Assembly (NCBI GenBank): GCA_039621445.1
Contig: CP154954.1
Coordinates: forward strand, 26,548,954 to 26,612,953
Direction of reading: 5' to 3'
Length of the DNA stretch: 64,000 nucleotides
Origin: Euglena gracilis
Taxonomy: Eukaryota
The notes under the pieces were generated by a model. It did not search any database. It was not told where the DNA came from and was given only the letters and a program-made list of their open reading frames with translations. This document shows, in pieces, positions 27,894 through 40,926 of this stretch (within the stretch, counting starts at the first letter, position 1; each line of letters starts with the position of its first letter). Made by a program: the position numbers and the translations under genes.

Positions 27894-30800
27894 ACGGGGG
27901 TTGAATGTTGTGAAGCTAATGGCAGGCCAAAATGTCACAAAATATCAATATAAACCCCCCCCCCAAATATAAGAAACCCCTCGCTATAAGAAACCTCCAA
28001 ATATAAGAAACCCTTTGGCTGATTTTCAGCCGACACCCAAATATAAGAAACCCCCAAATATAAGAAACCCCTGGGCTGTTGGACGTCAATCCAAATATAA
28101 GAAACCCCTCATTTTCACCATGGGTCACAGCAAATCTCAAGGCGTGATCAACTCAAAGATGAAGCCAATCTAGTATATTGCTTCTTTGCAAAGCAAGAGT
28201 TCAGAAGCAACTGCTTTTTGGAAACACCTGTCTGTGTCACGACCCCCTTCCCCACTGTTTGAATGGCAGTCAGACATGAGGACAATCCTACACACAGTGG
28301 TCACATGTAATTAATTATATGAAGGAACCGAAGGAAGAAAAAGTTCCATTTATAAGAAACCCTTGGGGCCGGCCTTCGACACCCAAATATAAGAAACCCC
28401 CAAATATAAGAAACCCTTTGGGCCGATCGGCCGACACCCAAATATAAGAAACGGGTTTCTTATATTTGGGGGGGGGGGGGGTTTACATCCCGGCCTGCAC
28501 GGAACATCTTCATCCAATTCAAGTGAAATGTGGGAGCAACCTTTTGTGCATTTTGACCCAAAAAAACACTGCACAAAAGCTTGGGTTGGAATTGCTTGAG
28601 ACGGCCATTTTGTGAGTATGAGGAAAGCAAATTGAAATAATGCAAATTTTTCAAAAAATAGAAACAAAACACAAATCGAGTGCAAAAAAAAAATCCGCAA
28701 CGGACCTCTGAATGTTACTTGGAACAGTCGGATCCATCAAGAGACAATATGAGTATGTACAACCATTTAAAAAAATAAACCTGCAAAAAAATGTGCAAAA
28801 AAAATCAGAAAATGCGCATAAAAAACTGAAAAAAATGCGCAAAAAAATGCGCATTTTCCTAAAAATCAGGAAAATGTGCAAAAAAAAATGCGCAAAAAAG
28901 CGAAAAAATACCGAAACGCATTCCCCCTCCCCTGGCACATGTCACTGGACTGAAAGCGCACATCCATACGGATGTGCGCTTTCAGACTTGTGGATATGTG
29001 TTTTATGTCCGGTGGATGTGTGTTTTCTGCTCGGTGGATGTGTGTTTTCTGTTCGGTGGATGTGTGTTTTCAGTCCGGTGGATGTGCGTTGCCAGTCCGC
29101 TGGATGTGCTTTATCATTCCGGTGGATGTACGTTTTAAGTCCGGTGGATGTGCGTTTTCAGGTCGTTGGATGTGCGTTTTCAGTCCGGGGGGTCTGTGTT
29201 CGTTCCGGTGGATGTGGTTTTCCATTTGAGCGGATGTGTGTTTTCAAATTAGTGGATGTGTTTTTTCGTCCGGTGGATGTGCGTGTTCAGTCCGGTGGAT
29301 GTGTGTTTTCACTCCGCTGGATGAGCATTTTCAGTCCAGTGGGTGTGTGTTTTCAAGTCGGTGGTTGTGCACTTTCAGTCTGGTGGATGTGTGTTTTAAG
29401 TCACTTGGATGTTCATTTTCAGTCCAGTGGATGTGCATCAGTCCGGTGGAGGTGTGCTTTTATTCCGGTGGATGTGTGTTTTCAGTCCGGTGGAAGTGCG
29501 CTTTCAGTCCGGTGGAAGTGCGCTTTCAGTCCGGTGGATGAGTGTTTTCAGTCCGGTGGATGTGTGTTTTCAGTCCGCTGAACGTGCATTTTCAGTCCGG
29601 TGAGAGTGTGTTTTTTCAAATTGGTTGTTGCGCACTTTCAGTCCGGTGGAAGTGTGTTTTCAGCCAGGTGGATGTTTATTTTCAGTCCAGTGGACGTGCA
29701 TCAGTCCGGTGGATGCGCGTTTTCAGTCCGGTGGACATGTGCTTTCAATCCGGTGGATGTGAAGTTTCAATCCGGTGGATTTGCATTTTCATTCCGGTGG
29801 ATGTGCGACTTCAGTCCGGTGGATGTGTGTCTTCGATCTGGTGGATGTGTGTTTTCAGAATTGTGGATATGTGCGTATTCAGTCCGCTGGATGTGCGTTT
29901 TTAGTCCGGTGAGTGTGTGTTTTCAAGTCGGTGGTTGTGCACTTTCAGTCTAGTGGATGTGTGTTTTCAGCCAGGTGGATGTTCATTTTCAGTCCAGTGG
30001 ACGTGCATCAGTCTGGTGGATGTGCGTTTTCAGTCTGGTGGATGAGCTTTTTCAGTTCAGTGGAATGTGTGTTTTCAGGTCGGTGGTATTTGAATTTTAA
30101 GTCCCGTGTATGTGCGTGTTAAGTCAGGTGGATGTGTGTTTTCAGTCCGCTGGTACAATTTCAGTCCCGTGAGTGTGTGTTTTCAAATCGGTTGTTGCGC
30201 ACTTTCAGTCCGGTGGATGTGTGTGGTTTCAGCCAGGGGGATGTTCATTTTCAGTCCAGTGGACGTGCATCAGTCCGGTGGATGAGCGTTTTCAGTCCGG
30301 TGGACATGTGCTTTCAATCCAGTGGATGTGAATTTTCAGTCCGGTGGATGTGTGTCTTCAGTCCGGTGGATGTACGTTTTCAGTTTGGTGGATGTGCGTC
30401 TTCAGTGTGGTGGATGTGCGTTTTCAAACTTGTGGAGATGTGGTTTCAATCCGGTGGATGTGTGTTTTCAGTCAGGTGGATGTGGTTTTCTCAGTCCGGT
30501 GGATGTGTGTTTCAGTCTGGATATGCGTTTTCTGTCCGGTGGATATGTGTTTTCAATCCGGTGGATGTGCGTTCCGAGGTCGGTGGATGTGTGTTTTCAG
30601 TCCGGTGGGTATGTGTTCAGTCCGGTGGATGTGCTTTTTCAGTTCAGTGGATTTGTGTTTTCAGTCCGGTGGATGTGTGTTTTCAGTCCGCTGGATGTGC
30701 ATTTTCAGTCCGGTGGGTGTGCGTTTTCAAGTCGGTGGTTGTGCACTTTCAGTTCGGTTGATGTGTGCTTTCAGTCAGGTGGGATTTCATTTTAAGTCCA

Positions 30801-31392
30801 GTGGATGTGCATGAATCCCGTCAAGCCAGTCCGGTGGATGTGCGTTTTCAGTCCGCTGGGCATGTGCTTTCAATCTGGTGGATGTGCGTCTTCAGTCCGG
30901 TGGATGTGTGTTTCAGTCCACTGACTGTGCGTCTTCAGTCCGGTGACTGTACGTCTTCAGTCTGGTGGATGTAAATTTTCAGACTCGTGGATATGCGTTG
31001 TCAGTCCGGTGGATGTGTGTTTTTAGTTCATGGATGTGCGTTGTCAGTCCCTGGATAACCGGACTGAAAACGCACATCCACCGGACTGAATGCGCACGTC
31101 CACCAGACTGAAACCGCACGTACACCGTACTGAAAACACACATCCACTGGACTGAAGACAGACATCCACCGGACTGAAAATGCACATCCACCAGACATAA
31201 AACGCACATCCACCGGACCCAAAACGCACATCCACCGGACTAAACACACACATCCACTGGTCTGAAGACGCACGTCCACCGGACTGAAAACACACATGCA
31301 CCGGACTGATACACAACACCAGACTGAAGACGCACATCCACTGACCTGAAAACACACATCCACCGGACTGAAAACCCACATCTGAAGGACTG
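27894..31392 (+). repeat. Segmental duplicate of about 18238-21188 (hAT end plus satellite)
   Basis: Starts ACGGGGGTTGAATGTTGTGAAGC as at 18238; identical ORFs (19927 vs 30132). Confidence 0.9.
27953..28483. mobile_element. TA-duplicating MITE (Tc1/mariner-type), 531 bp
   Basis: TIR AACCCCCCCC..AAATATAAGAAACCC. The paralogous empty site at 18290-18300 (CAATA-TA-CATC) shows the TA duplication directly. Confidence 0.92.
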
Positions 31393-33425
31393 AAAGCGCA
31401 CATCCACCGGACTGAACACCTACCTCCACCGGACTGAAAACACAAGTACGAGCGAAGTGAAAACACACATCCACTGGCTTGAAAAATGTATATGCTTCAG
31501 CCTGGAAATGCAGGCTGAAAACGCACATCCACCAGACTGAAAGCACACATCCACCGGACTGAAAACGCATATCCAGACTGAAAAACACATCCACCGTACT
31601 GAAAAACCTCATCCACCGGACAGAAAAAGGCATTTGCACCGGACTGAAAACGCATATCCACAAGTCTGAAAACGCACATCCACCAGACTGAAAACGCACA
31701 GTCACCAGACTGAAAACACACATCCACCAAACTGAAAACACGCATACACCGGACTGATGATGCACATCCACCGGACTGAAAAACGCGAATCCACCGGACT
31801 GAAAACACACATCCACCGGACTGATGCACATCCACTGGACTGAAAATGAACATCCACCTGACTGAAAACACACACATCGACCGGACTGAAAGTGCACAAC
31901 CACCGACTTGAAAACACACACCTACCAGACTGAAAATGCACATCCAGCGGACTCATAACACACATCCACCGGACTGAACACGCACATCCACCAGACTAAA
32001 AACACACATCCACCGACCTGGAAACACACATCAACTCAACTGAAAAAGCACTTCCACCAGACTGAACACAGACGCACCGGACTGAAAACACACATCCACC
32101 GACCTGAAAACGCACATCCACCAGACTGATAACGCACATCCACCGGACTGAAAACACACATCCACCGGACTGAAAGCACACATGGATGCGCGTTTTCAGT
32201 CAGGTGGATGTGTGTTTTCAGCTCGGTGGATGTGCGTTTTCAGTCCGCTGAATGTGCATTTTCAGTCCGGTGGATGTGCGTCTTCTGTCCGGTGGATGTG
32301 CGTATTCAGTCCAATGGGGGCATATTTTCAGTCTGGTGGCAGTTTTGTTTCCAGTCCTAAGGATGTGTGTTTTCAGTAGCGGTGGTTGTGTGTTTTCAGT
32401 CCGGTGGAAGTGGTGGTTTCAGTCCGGTGCAGTGTATCTAATTTGGAGGATGTGTGTTTTCAGTCCGGTGGATATGCGTCTTCAGTCCGATGGACGTGTG
32501 ACTTCAGCCCGGTGGATGTGCTTTTTCAGTTGAGTGGATGTGCGCTTTTAGTCCATGTTTTCAGTCCGGTAGACGTGTGTTTTCAGTCTGGTGCGATGTG
32601 GGTTTTCAGTACGGTGGATGTGTCTCTTCTCTGCGGTGGATGTGTGTTTTCAGTCCGGTGGATGTGCGCACTCAGACTGGTGGATAAACGTTTTCAGTCC
32701 AATGGATGTGCGTTATCGCTTTGGTGGATGTGTGTTTTAAGTATGGTAAATGTGTGTTTTCAGTCCGGTGGTTGTGCGTTGTCAGTCCGGTGGATGTGTG
32801 TTTTCAGTCCGGTGGATGTTCTTTTTCAGTTGAGTGGATGTGTGTTTTCAGTCCGGTGGATGTGTGTTTTCAGTTGAGTGGATGTGTGTTTTCAGTCCGC
32901 TGGAATGTGCGTTTTCAGTCCGGTAGGTGTGTGTTTTCAAATCGGTGGCTATGCACTTTCAGTCTGGTGGATGTGTGTGGTTTCAGCCAGGTGGACGTTC
33001 ATTTTCAGTTCGGTGGACACGCATCAGTCCGGTGGATGTGTGTTTTCAGTCCGGTGGACATGTGCTTTCAATCTGGTGGATGTGCGTTTTCAGTACGGTG
33101 GATTTGTGTTTCCCTTTGGTGGATGTGCGTCATCAGTCCGCTAGATGCGCATTTTCAGTCCGGTGGATGTGCGTTATCAGTCTGGTGGATGTGCGTTTTC
33201 AGGTCGGTGGATATGTGTTTTCAGTCCGGTGGGTGTGTTCAATCCGGTGGATGTGCACTTTCAGTCTGGTGGATGTGCGTTATCAGGTCGGTGGATGTGT
33301 GTTTTCAATCCGGTGGATGTGCATTTTCAGTTTGGTGGACATGTGCTTTCAATCCGTGGATGTGCGTTTTCAGTCCGGTGGATGTGTATTTTCAGTCCGG
33401 TGGATGTGTGTTTCCAGACTGATGG

Positions 33426-33855
33426 CAGGGTTCGATATAAGGAGAGGAGGGGGGGGTCCGGACCCCCACCCCCCTGCGGGCCAGGAGGGGGGGGGTGGTG
33501 GGGGGGACACCCCCCCCACCTAAACAGTGGCGCGGTCAGGGTGACCGATTTTTGGCCCGGCGCAAAGCGCCGGGCCGAAAAATTTTGACCCCCCAAAACG
33601 ACCAAAAGTGCCAATTTGGGCTTTTTGGGCAAAAATTGGCCAAAAATGCAAAAAAAAAATTCGGCACGAAGCGCCGGAGGAAAAAATTGACCCTTTTGGG
33701 GGGGGTCCCGGGTACCCCCCCGAGGGTCGGTCCGGACCACCTTGCAGGTGGGGGGGGGGTCCGGACCCCCCCCCTGCGGGCCAGGAGGGGGGGGGAGGTG
33801 GGGGGGACACCCCCCCCCACCTAAACCATGTACGCCCTCCTTATATCGAACCCTG
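33426..33855. mobile_element. hAT-type MITE, 430 bp
   Basis: Perfect 19-bp TIR CAGGGTTCGATATAAGGAG and perfect 8-bp TSD ACTGATGG (33418-33425 and 33856-33863). Confidence 0.93.
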
Positions 33856-34016
33856 ACTGATGGATGTACGTTCTCATTCCAGTGGATATGCGTTTTCACT
33901 CCGGTGGATGTGCGTCTTAAGGTCTTCATTCCAGTGGATGTGTGTTTTCAGTCCGCCGGATGTGAGGTTTTTAGTCCGGTGGATGCGCGTTATCAGTCTG
34001 GTGGATGTGCACTTTA

Positions 34017-34215
34017 GGAAGGAAGGAATGAGCAGCACACCGCGTGCTTGATCCCGAAGGATGTTGTCAACAACAAGAGGGATAAGTTTCAGAGGTGGGT
34101 GTAGCCACAGGACCACATCACCCCAAAACTTATCAAACGCATTTGTATGACTTGACCAGTAATTGGGTAAACAAGAATGTGCTTTGGACGAGAATGCGTC
34201 AATCTCCACTTTCAG
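34017..34215 (-). pseudogene. Fragment of a DIRS-type retroelement methyltransferase-like domain
   Basis: VEIDAFSSKAHSCLPNYWS...NAFDKFWGDVVLWLHPPLKLIPLVVDNILRDQARGVLLIP matches my recollection of the D-x-F...AF...W...W-x-x-PP...LIP pattern downstream of DIRS RT/RNase H. Confidence 0.65.
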
Positions 34216-34268
34216 ACCGTTATGTGTGTTTTGGGTCTGGTGGATGTGCATTTTCAGTCTTGTGCATA

Positions 34269-34728
34269 CCCGCCCCCCCCCCCCCGGACAATTGTCGCGC
34301 GACAAATCGGGCAGCACGGAGGGGGGTGACAATTTCCCGGGGTGACAATTTGGCCGGCACAGAGGGGGGGACAATTGCCCAGGGGCGTCAATTGCCCGGG
34401 GGCGTCAATTGCCCACCCATGTAGGCCACATTAAATCCAAATGACCAAGAACGCCATCTGAAACACCAGTGAACACGGGGGGAAAAAATGCAGCCATGGT
34501 TGTGATATTGTGCAGAGCATTTGGTGTGTGACATTTCTCAGCACGTTGTAGCGAAATAGAGGATCAATCGAGCCGTGTCGACAAAAAGAAAGTTCACAAA
34601 CATCTTCTATGGGGGGGGACAAATCGGGCAGCACAGAGGGGGGTGACAATTTCCCGGGGTGACAAATTGGCCGGCACAGCCAGGGGTGACAATTGCCCGG
34701 GGGCGTCAATTGCCCGGGGGGGGGGGGG
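34269..34728. mobile_element. TA-flanked MITE with GACAATT/AATTGCCCGG subterminal repeats
   Basis: TA|CCCGCCCCC...CCCGG ... CCGGGGGGG|TA; the terminal module is duplicated (34300-34415 and 34618-34720). Confidence 0.65.
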
Positions 34729-35568
34729 TATGTGTTTTCAGTCCGGTGGGTGTTTTCAGTTAGGTGGATGTGTGTTTTTAGTCCAGTGGACATGTGATTT
34801 CAATCCGGTGGATATTCATTTTCAATCTGGTAGATGTGCATTGTGTTCAGGATGTGAGTTTTCAGTCCGGAGAATGTGTCTTTTCAGTCGGGTGGATGTG
34901 CGTTTTCAGTCTGGTGGATGTGTGTTTTCAGGTCGCTGAATGTGCATTTTCAGTCCAGTGGAGTGTATTTTTTAAACTTGGAGGATGCACGTTTTCAGTC
35001 CGGTAAACGTACGTTTTCAGTATGGTGAACGTGCGTCTTCAGTCCGATGGATGTACGCTTTCGGTCTGGTGGATGTGGGCTTTCAGTCCGGTAGATGTGC
35101 GCTTTCAGTCCGGTGGATGTGCGTTATCAGTCTGGTGGATGTTCGTTATCAGTCTGGTGGATGTGCATTTCCAGTCCAGTTGATGTGTGTTTCCAGTTTG
35201 GTGGATATGTGTATTTTTTTGGTCTGGTGGATGTGTGTTTACATTCTGGTAGGTGTGTGTTTTCAGTCCGGTGGATGTGTGTTTTGACTCCGGTGGATGT
35301 GTTTTTTGAATGTGCTAGATGTGCATTTTCAGTCCGATGGACGTGCGATTTCAGTCCGGTGGATGCAGTCCGGTGGATGTGTGTTTTCAGTCCGATTCAT
35401 GTGCGTTTTCAGTCCGGTGGACTCTGTCGTGTATTGTCCGGGGACGGGTGTTTTTGGTTTTCTCAGTCAGGTGGATGTGCGCTTTCAGTCCGGTGAGTGT
35501 GTGTTTTCAGGTCATTAAATGTGCGCTATCAGTTCGGTTTCAGGTAGGTGGACTGTGTTTTTCAGTCT

Positions 35569-35610
<42 letters not shown>

Positions 35611-35631
35611 GGGGGGGGGGGGGGGGGGGGT

Positions 35632-35662
<31 letters not shown>

Positions 35663-35682
35663 GGGGGGGGGGGGGGGGGGGG
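35569..35682. repeat. Poly-G tract of about 115 nt inside a satellite unit
   Basis: Read directly; it may be a sequencing or assembly artefact. Confidence 0.8.
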
Positions 35683-38600
35683 GTCCGGTGGATGTGCGTT
35701 TTCAGTCTGGTGGATGTGCGGTTTCAGGTCGGTGGATGTGTGTTTTCAGTCTGGTGGATGTGCAGTTTCAGGTCGGTGGATGTGCGTTCTCAGTCCGGTG
35801 GATGTGCGTTATCAGGTCGGTGGATGTGCTTTTTCAGTTGAGTGGATGTGTGTTTTCAGTCCGCTGGATGTGCATTTTCAGTACGGTGGACGTGCGTGTT
35901 CAGTCCGGTGGATGTGTGTTTCCAGTCAGCTAGATGTGCATTTTCAGTCCGGTGGGTACCCACCGGACTGAAAACACACATACATTGGCCATTGGCTGAT
36001 AACACACAACACAGGACTGAAGACGCACGTCCACCGGACTGAAAACACACATCCACCAGACTGAAAGTGCACAACCACCGACTTGCAAACACGCACCGGA
36101 CTGACAACGCACATCCATCGTACTGAAAAAAACGTCTCCACCGGACTGAAGCACACATCCACCGGACTGAAAATGAACATCCACCGGACTGAAATATACA
36201 TCCATCGGACTGAAAAAGCACATCCACTGGACTGAAAACGCAATCCACCGGACTGAAAACACACATCCACCGGAGAGAAGGCGCACATCCACCGTACTGA
36301 AAACGCACGTCCACCCGACAGAAACAGCACATCCACCTCACTGAAAACACACACCCAGCGAACTAAAAACACATATATCCACCGGACTGAAAATGCACAT
36401 CCACTCAACTGAAAAAGCACATCCAACGGTCTGAAAATGTACATCCACTGGACTGAAAGTGCACATCCACCAGACTGAAAACGCGCACCACCCAACTGAA
36501 AACCTCACATCTGGCCGACTGAAAACATACATCCACCAGACTGAAAGGGGAAAACAACCAAAAAGACTGGTTTTTGTGACAATTTGGTTGATTTTAGGTT
36601 CATCCTTGTGATCAAGGAAGGGAAATTTGAAACCATCATCAAGGCTGGGTTCATTTTCAGTCCAGTGGACGTGCATCAGTCCGTTGGATGTGGGTTTTAA
36701 GTCCGGTGGATCTGTGATTTAAATCTGGTGGACGTCCATTTTCAGTCCGGTGGATTTGTGTTTTCAGTCCGGTGGATGAGCGTCTTCAGTCCAGTGGATG
36801 TGTGTTTTCAGTCCGGTAGATGTGTGTTTTCAGTCCGTGCATTTCCAGGCTGGAGCATATGCATTTTTCTGGCCAGTGGATGCGTGTTTTCAGTCCAGTG
36901 GATGTGCGTCTTCAGTCCGGTGCATGTGTGTTTCCAGTCCGATAGATGTGTGTTTTCAGTCCGGCGGATGTGCGTTATCAGTCCGATGGATGTGTGTTCT
37001 CAGTCCGGTGGATATGTGTTTTCAGTCTGCAGGATGTCCGTTTTCAGTCCGGTGGATGTGCGTTTTCAGTCCGGTGGATGTGCGTTTTCAATCTGGTTGC
37101 TGTGTGTTTGCAGTCCGCGGAATGTGAGTATCAGTCTGGTGGATGTGTCTTTTCAGTCCAGTTGATGTAGGTTTTCAGTACAGTGCATGTGTGTTTTTCA
37201 GTCCGGTGGATATGTTTTTTCAGTCCGGTGGACATGCGTCTTCAGTCCGGTGGATGGGCATCTTCGGTCCGGTGGATGTGCATCTTCAGTCCGGTGGATG
37301 TGCGTCTTCATTCCAGCGGATGTGCGTTTTCAGTCTGCCGGATGTGAATTTTCAGTCCGGTGGATGTGTCTTTTCAGTCCGGTGGATGTGCATTTTAAGT
37401 CCGGTGGATGTGTGTTTTCTGGTGGATGTGCGTCTTCAGTCCGGTGGATGTGCGTCTTCAGTCCGGTGTTGTGTGTTATCAGTCCGGTGGTGCTTTTCAG
37501 TCCGGTGGATGCGCGGATTAAAGACCGGTGGATGTGTGTTTTCAGTCCGGTGGATGTGCATTTTCAGTCCGATGGATGTGCTTTTGCAAACCAGCGCAAT
37601 TCCGTGGATTTGCGCTTCCAGTCGGGTGGACGTGACTTTCCATGGATGTGGGCTTTCAGGCCGGTGGATGTGCGTCTCAAGGCTGGTGCGTGTACTTTTG
37701 CAAAATCGTTGCACTCTCGTGGATGTGTGTTATCAATCTGGTGGATGTGCGTTTCCAGGCTGGTGGATGTGTGCTTTCAGGCTGGTGGATGTGTTTTTTT
37801 CAGACCATTGGAGGTGTATTTTGGGGCTGGTGCAATCCCATGGCAGGTATGTGTGTTTTCAGTCTGGTGGACGTACATTTTCAGTCCAGTGGATGTGCAT
37901 TTTCAGTCCGGCGGCAATGCGCTTTCAGGCGGGTGGATTGGCATATTCAGGCAGGATCAAATAAGGAGGAAACAGCTAAAAAGAGATGGGGGGGGGCGGC
38001 GGACAAATTGCATGAAAAAGACATGCAAACAGCCCTCGATAGGCCCCCCAAATACCTCAAATTCAGCACCAAGCTTTAAGACCTGAAAGGGATCATCCCC
38101 AACACTCCTGCGGATGGGGGGGGGGGGGGGTGCTCGGAACCCATTTCAATGCAACCTGTGTTTTTTTTTGCATTCATGCAGATATAGAAGGATAGTATCC
38201 ACACTGGGGATCCTCCCATTTACTGAAAAGGAAAATTCACTGAAATTCACGAAGGATCACGTAATGCTTTTGCAAAGCCATTGTTGAATGCAGGGGCAGG
38301 GGGTGGCATTTGAATACCTGGAAACCATGGGGTCAGCCAGCAGCCTGTTTCCATCCAGGCTAATTTTTTTCAGCTCTGGCAACCCCCCTCCCAGGGGCCG
38401 CTAAGCGATGCCTGGGGCTGTGCATGATTCCCTTACTCGTCCCATATCACCTGAACCCAGGGGTGAACTAGACCCGGAATTATCAAACTGTAAAAACACC
38501 CACAGCATTGCCAAATTACAAACTATCAATTTTATGATTAAAATTTTGAGCTGGAGAGTCCAGTTAAAAATAAGTCATTTGAGGCGGCTCCGGGACTGAA

Positions 38601-40926
38601 AAAAAGACTGCTGGCTGGCTGGATCCCCCCCCCCCCCGCAGGGGATCCCCTTGGCTTAAACGGCGTCCTGGCTCCAGCTCATCCCAAGGCTTTGGCAAAG
38701 ATCCAAGTCAAGTGGTTTCCACATATTCATGCTGACGACCGTTGTCCTCTTTGTGCTGGACTGCTACGGAAGAATGGGAAGTGCGGCCCTTGTTGGCTTT
38801 CATTGGCAATCACGTTCGCCTGCTAATGGGACAACATGGCTGATGGGAGAGTGAAATTTTTTATTAAAAAAATGTTTTTTGACCTTGTTTTTGATGAGCT
38901 GCCAAAATCTGGGCAAACAAAAGGGACCAATTGCCAAATGTTCACTGCATAAATCATATGACCCTACGTTGCATGTGCCAAAGAAACCGTCATTGCCAGC
39001 TTCACAGAAAAACATCCCATCCTTGATCTCGTATGGGCTTCTAAAGAACCAAGAAAACTTGATCCAGGGATTATCATGTGGTGGAGATCAGGCAGTGGAC
39101 TTTGGTTGTTTTGCATATCCTCCCCTTACGGTGACCAAATATGCATGTGTATAATGTGCATCGATGTGTATCTGCCCAAGGCATCAATTCGCATTATTTT
39201 TTTTATTTTATGGTTTTGTACTATTTTGCAGGGTTATTAGGAAATATGCAGAGTTTTGGTTCAATTTTCCCTGCCAAGTCAATGCTTGCAAAAAAAATTT
39301 GACCCAAAAATGTCCTGGGCAGCCCTTTTCCGACCCATTCTCGCCCATTTTGACCAATTTCTGCACCCCGAAAGCGAGAAAAATCCGTTACAGTCCAGCC
39401 CCCCGAAGGGCGGCTGGAAATAAATAAATCTCGTTGATGGGGGGTCCGGGGCTGGAAAAAGGCTGCTTGCTGGAAAAAGACTGCTGGCTGGCTGGACACT
39501 CCAGGGGTGGGGTCAAATTTTGTTAAGCCTGGTGGAGCCTCATCTGCGGATGATGGTGGATGAAGGTGGTCATCCTGGCAACGAAAGAAGAACGTGTCAC
39601 GGCAGAAAGGGGGGATGGCGGTGCTGTTGCCGGTGTGAATGTGTAAACATAAATGGGTGATGGCGCTGAGAGATGGGGTGCATGAGGTCAGAAAGGTGCA
39701 AAGGGAGGGGGTTCGAGGGGAAGGAGGCTGCTTTTTCTCGCGCGACACAAACGGAAAGAGATTGAAATCTGCTGGGGGGGGCTGCATGCTGGACGCTTAA
39801 TATGCACATTTCCACAAACAAGCAACCTGGTATAAGAATGCTGCATAACTGCTTAACCTTTCTTTGAGGAATTTCTCGTCCATTCCTTCTCTCACTGTGG
39901 GCAGGACTTGCACGAAGCAGTGAGCAAAAAAAGGTGAACTGAAACTCATGCCGGCATTGCCCGCCCTGATGTTTTCCTCATGAGTGCTTTTACAGGGGGG
40001 AAATGTCTCAGGGCAGACATTGGGAATATTGCAAGAGGACAGGTCATGCAATACAGAAGGCATAGGGTAGTTTACTTGTGAGGTCCCCAAGCACAATCTT
40101 TGCCCCTCCTCCATAGCCTGATAGGCTGTGCAATCTTTGACAAAAGTAGTGATTGTCGTCACTGAGGGCCCAGTTGGGGGGGGGGGAGATTGTGAATTTC
40201 CTGCTTTCTGGGTTTTCGAGACCCAACAAACATTTGAAATCTCTCAATATGAACCAAATTGCAGAATTGAATGAAGTGCCAAAAAAAAATTTGTTTGGAC
40301 CCCCCCCTCTTGTCCAGGACACGCCAATGTTCTGAAAGTGCCGTTGACACGGGCACAAGGGGGTCAACAGCACACTGTGTCAACGGCACGATACCAAAAC
40401 AATGTGTTTGATGGCCCAATAACCATCGCCTCCACAATTGCACCATTTGACCTCTCATATTGCACGGGAAACGTTTGAATACATGGCAAGGAAGAAGATG
40501 GACATGGATTTCAAGTGTCTTGGCTAAATTTCCTTAGAAATGTTGGCAGACATAAGAGAAAAAATCACGTTCCAGGAAGTGCCGTTGACCCACGGGGGGA
40601 ATGTGTCTTGGACAAGGTGGGGGGAGGTAAGCTTTTTTGGTCCACAGGACGGTCAAGGGGAAAAAATCCAACAATGGCACCTCACCAGAGGTTTCCAGCA
40701 ATGGACAAAAAATGGGGGGGGGGTGTCACCACCCCCCGTGGTTGCACTAAGGCTTCTTGTCCTGTCCCCCCCCCTGGCCAGGAAACTATCACAGTGCCGA
40801 CAGGTTGGCCAGTATCAGGGATACTAACAAATTACGGACAGCTTGGCCAGTACCAGGGACTCTGGCAAGCTCTCAGGGTTGAGAGTTTCCTGGGGGGGGA
40901 GGGGGCGAGGTCTCTCCAGTCTGTGC

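Larger units (their letters stand above)
3960..37950. repeat. Degenerate 22-bp satellite (consensus TTTTCAGTCCGGTGGATGTGTG) in alternating orientation blocks, interrupted by insertions
   Basis: Hundreds of head-to-tail copies. Reverse-orientation blocks at about 13845-15273, 18730-18762, 20853-21188, 31058-32180 and 35958-36547. This explains the many FSPVDV/QSGGC/SVRWM ORFs. Confidence 0.95.

Noticed and set aside
35519-35971. Glycine-rich protein ORFs
   Set aside because: They come from the poly-G tract inside the satellite.
3960-37950. CRISPR array, or Cys/Val-rich protein genes, in the 22-bp repeat region
   Set aside because: Units are contiguous and degenerate with no unique spacers and no cas genes; the ORFs are translations of the satellite in all frames.
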